Shown one piece after another: positions 61,695-64,000 of a stretch of DNA of 64,000 nucleotides. The DNA lies in contig CBDAUH010000002.1 in assembly GCA_965200395.1 (NCBI GenBank), forward strand, positions 244,091 to 308,090. The letters are read 5' to 3'. This DNA comes from Candidatus Poribacteria bacterium. Its GTDB lineage: Bacteria > Poribacteria > WGA-4E > WGA-3G. A program made the position numbers and the translations under genes. Every line of letters starts with the position of its first letter. Positions within the stretch are counted from its first letter, which is position 1. Under the pieces are notes generated by a model that ran no database searches, was not told where the DNA came from, and saw only the letters and a program-made list of their open reading frames with translations.

Positions 61695-63255
61695 ACTATA
61701 GTTTGGACAGTTTTGGTCTTGTTATAGATTATGAATAGTTGGCAGCATTTCCCCGTTAGCACTTCTGAACAGGTGTTAGAACCGCTGCTAACGCCCCTTT
61801 TCTGTCTAAATTCTGTTAGAAATCACTGTTTTTTAGCCATCATTTTTCCAATAATCGTGAAAATAGTTGCTGTTGAACTAGTTCATGTAGTATCTTCGGG
61901 GATTTTTAGTTTTTTCTGTGCGTTTTTCCTCGGGTCGTAACCCGTATAAAAATAGTTTTGTTGTAAACATCGCTGCAAGTAAGCGGTCATCAAGCCGCGT
62001 GTGAGATGTTTCGGTTTATACCAGTGTATATTGAGCGTGGATAGCACGTCTTCTAAATCAAGAGAAACCTTGTCTGTGTCTGTGTCTGCGGGTGTCTTAG
62101 GCAATGGCGACGGACTGAAAGCGAGTTGTGTCAGCGTTGCTGCGGTGAAACTGAGTTGAACGAACCGATCCAAACTTTTCCTGTCTCGGAGTTGATAGGT
62201 GTCAAATCCGAAGTTTTCTTTAGCGTCCCGAAAGGCAGTTTCAATCTGCCACCGGTTTCTATAGTGTCGGATAACTGTTTCTACGGGCAGTCGTAAATCT
62301 GAAGTAAATACACAAAAATACCGATAGGGTTTAGACTTTTTCAAGCGTTTGCGTATCACAACGATGCGGACATCTACAGGACACATCTTTGTTCGCACGA
62401 CTTTATCAGCGACAGAAAGTGTCTGATCCTCAACAACGATGTCTGTATACTTCAGGTGTGGAATAGACACACGGCTACCATACCGACGGGGTCTGCCTCT
62501 CTTGAGACGCTTAGGGCGTTTCGGTATATGAAAAAACGCTGCGTTTGACTTCGCACGACAAAGTAAATGATGTCCTTGTGAGAGTATCTCCGTGAACACT
62601 TTGCGTCTATTGAAACCTCTATCAAAAATGATAAGACCCGGTGGCACAAGATCGCATAAATGCTTCAGCACGGCGAGGCTATTCGCGTCCTCGCTTTTCG
62701 GTTCCATCATCCGTGTGGCTAATGGAAATAGGCGCGTGCCTTCAGGCGTTTCTGCCAGCCACCCAATCGCACCGAACTCGTGTCCGTGATGAAACTTGGA
62801 TTGGTTCTTGTTACGTGCTTGATACGCAGGGTTCCTGTGGAAATGCAAACCCGCTTGTTTTGAACCGCTACTTATGGCATGTGTTTCATCATAGACGTAT
62901 ACGCCTGTGGGGTAAGCAGATAGCACTTGATGGCTTAGCGTAGTGGCGACTTGATCCACACACCAGATGCCACGCGAGAGAAACTTTGGCAGAGACCAAT
63001 ACCGACCTGCTTGGGCTGTCGCAAGATAGATTTGTGTCATTGTGCCTCGGTAGGGCGTATTTATCAGACCTTTTACGAAAGTCTGAAAGTGGTGAAAGTT
63101 ATTATACTTGAACACAGGTCAAAAATCTGATAACATGTTGTCCAAGTAGGAAAGTGGGGTCATTTGAAATATCCTTTCAAATTTGTGTTTCCTAAAAGGA
63201 TACCCGCTTTCCTGCTTTATGTCCATAAAAAAAACAAAAACTGTCCAAACTATAG
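61695..63255 (-). mobile_element. IS701/IS4-like insertion sequence, copy 2, flanked by 9-bp TSD TACATATTA; transposase N-terminus disrupted
   Basis: IRs CTATAGTTTGGACA. TACATATTA at 61686-61694 and 63256-63264. In-frame TGA after codon 5 (MLSDF*) relative to copy 1. Confidence 0.75.
61883..63115 (-). CDS. IS701/IS4-like transposase (copy 2, N-terminally truncated or disrupted; 410 aa from an internal Met)
   Basis: About 97% identical to 49629-50969 downstream of residue 37. Confidence 0.6.
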   Translation of the reverse strand: MFKYNNFHHFQTFVKGLINTPYRGTMTQIYLATAQAGRYWSLPKFLSRGIWCVDQVATTLSHQVLSAYPTGVYVYDETHAISSGSKQAGLHFHRNPAYQARNKNQSKFHHGHEFGAIGWLAETPEGTRLFPLATRMMEPKSEDANSLAVLKHLCDLVPPGLIIFDRGFNRRKVFTEILSQGHHLLCRAKSNAAFFHIPKRPKRLKRGRPRRYGSRVSIPHLKYTDIVVEDQTLSVADKVVRTKMCPVDVRIVVIRKRLKKSKPYRYFCVFTSDLRLPVETVIRHYRNRWQIETAFRDAKENFGFDTYQLRDRKSLDRFVQLSFTAATLTQLAFSPSPLPKTPADTDTDKVSLDLEDVLSTLNIHWYKPKHLTRGLMTAYLQRCLQQNYFYTGYDPRKNAQKKLKIPEDTT

Positions 63256-63284
63256 TACATATTATGAACATAACATGTGAAAAT

Positions 63285-63415
63285 CTAATGTAACGTGAGT
63301 TCCATAAACATTGTAGCATAACCTTTCTAGGTTGTGCCTCTTCGTAGCATAACCTTTCTAGGTTGTGCCTCCTACAAAAAATGTCTTATTTCCAAACTCA
63401 CGTTAATGTATTCTC
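63285..63415. repeat. MITE family M2 copy (TIRs AACGTGAGTTCCATAAACAT / ATTTCCAAACTCACGTT) containing two R1 palindromes
   Basis: Direct inspection. Same architecture as 21548-21720. Confidence 0.7.
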
Positions 63416-63417
63416 CT

Positions 63418-64000
63418 TTAATCCTCTGACTGTTTAAGGTTTAGAAACTTATACGGGTCAAAGCCAGCATTATCCAAGTCAACGACTTTAGAACCTGCAG
63501 GAATATTTCCAGACTCAATATCCTCATCGGTAATTTCATGGTCACCCCCTTTTAACCTTGAGATGTAACGATGTACATTTCCATCTGGGAGTGGAATTTC
63601 TGTCCATCGTACATAGAAAACATTGTCATAGTGGGGATAAACTTTTCCGTTATACGTACTTCCTCCAACAATTTCTCGATCACCTTGTTGCCATAATTTA
63701 ATAAGAACTCTATCTATGAGTTCAATATTTCTTGATGCCTCATCTGGAAATTCTGAGAAAAGGTCAGGATTCCGTGCCCATATAGGATCCCCGAAATAAT
63801 CTTCTGGCACTTCTGGAAAAGGGCCGAAACCGAAGGGTGAGGCAGGCACGCCCTCTGTAGGTTCTTCTGTTGAAGCAGAATCGTAGTCTTCAGCCTTATT
63901 TGGTACATCATTTGTCGTTTGTGTATTTTTTTCTACAAGTGCATCTGGAGTTGATCTAATTTGACTATCTGTTTCGGGTACCTTCTGGGTTTGTGATTGT
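63418..64000 (-). CDS. hypothetical protein, paralog of 60669-61409 (5' end outside the window)
   Basis: The reading frame stays open to the window edge. C-terminal similarity to the paralog. Confidence 0.4.
   Translation of the reverse strand, partial: QSQTQKVPETDSQIRSTPDALVEKNTQTTNDVPNKAEDYDSASTEEPTEGVPASPFGFGPFPEVPEDYFGDPIWARNPDLFSEFPDEASRNIELIDRVLIKLWQQGDREIVGGSTYNGKVYPHYDNVFYVRWTEIPLPDGNVHRYISRLKGGDHEITDEDIESGNIPAGSKVVDLDNAGFDPYKFLNLKQSED

Overview
This 64-kb window is bacterial chromosome with about 45% GC. It mixes housekeeping genes with a dense load of mobile DNA and eukaryote-like or secreted proteins. Gene content: (i) a partial inositol-catabolism cluster (iolC-like kinase, iolD); (ii) glycogen metabolism genes (a GH13 branching enzyme, a eukaryote-type GT3 glycogen synthase, a frameshifted glgC); (iii) hisB, aroA, dapA, tenA, tsaB, rlmB, rsmI, radC, a sensor histidine kinase, hbd and a Gfo/Idh/MocA oxidoreductase; (iv) three PhyH-family dioxygenase paralogs, one split by an IS; (v) a 917-aa secreted metzincin-LRR-Ig-dockerin protein with a type IX secretion C-terminal domain, plus a PorP/SprF-like outer-membrane barrel; (vi) an unlinked tRNA-Ala-23S-5S rRNA operon on the minus strand with no adjacent 16S; (vii) a second tRNA-Ala flanked by a tyrosine integrase on one side and a HEAT-repeat-MTase plus putative REase operon translationally coupled to tsaB on the other; (viii) a roughly 1027-aa MmeI-like Type IIG RM enzyme convergent with a standalone HsdR-N-like PD-(D/E)XK nuclease and an acidic partner. 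Mobile DNA comprises four identical 1335-bp IS4-family copies (one tandem pair, one splitting a phyH gene with a 9-bp TSD, and at least three sitting inside copies of a 130-bp MITE), one ISAs1 element inserted into another repeat, three IS701/IS4-like elements with CTATAGTTTGGACA ends, and at least three interspersed MITE/REP-like repeat families. Two apparent -1 frameshifts (glgC and the Type IIG gene) both fall in poly-C runs and may be sequencing artefacts. The phyH expansion, LRR/TPR proteins, split rRNA operon and MITE load together fit a sponge-symbiont-like lineage; that is inference only. The best candidates for an undescribed system are the nuclease/methylase cluster at 29.9-38.9 kb and the TPR-nuclease fusion at 12.4-13.7 kb.
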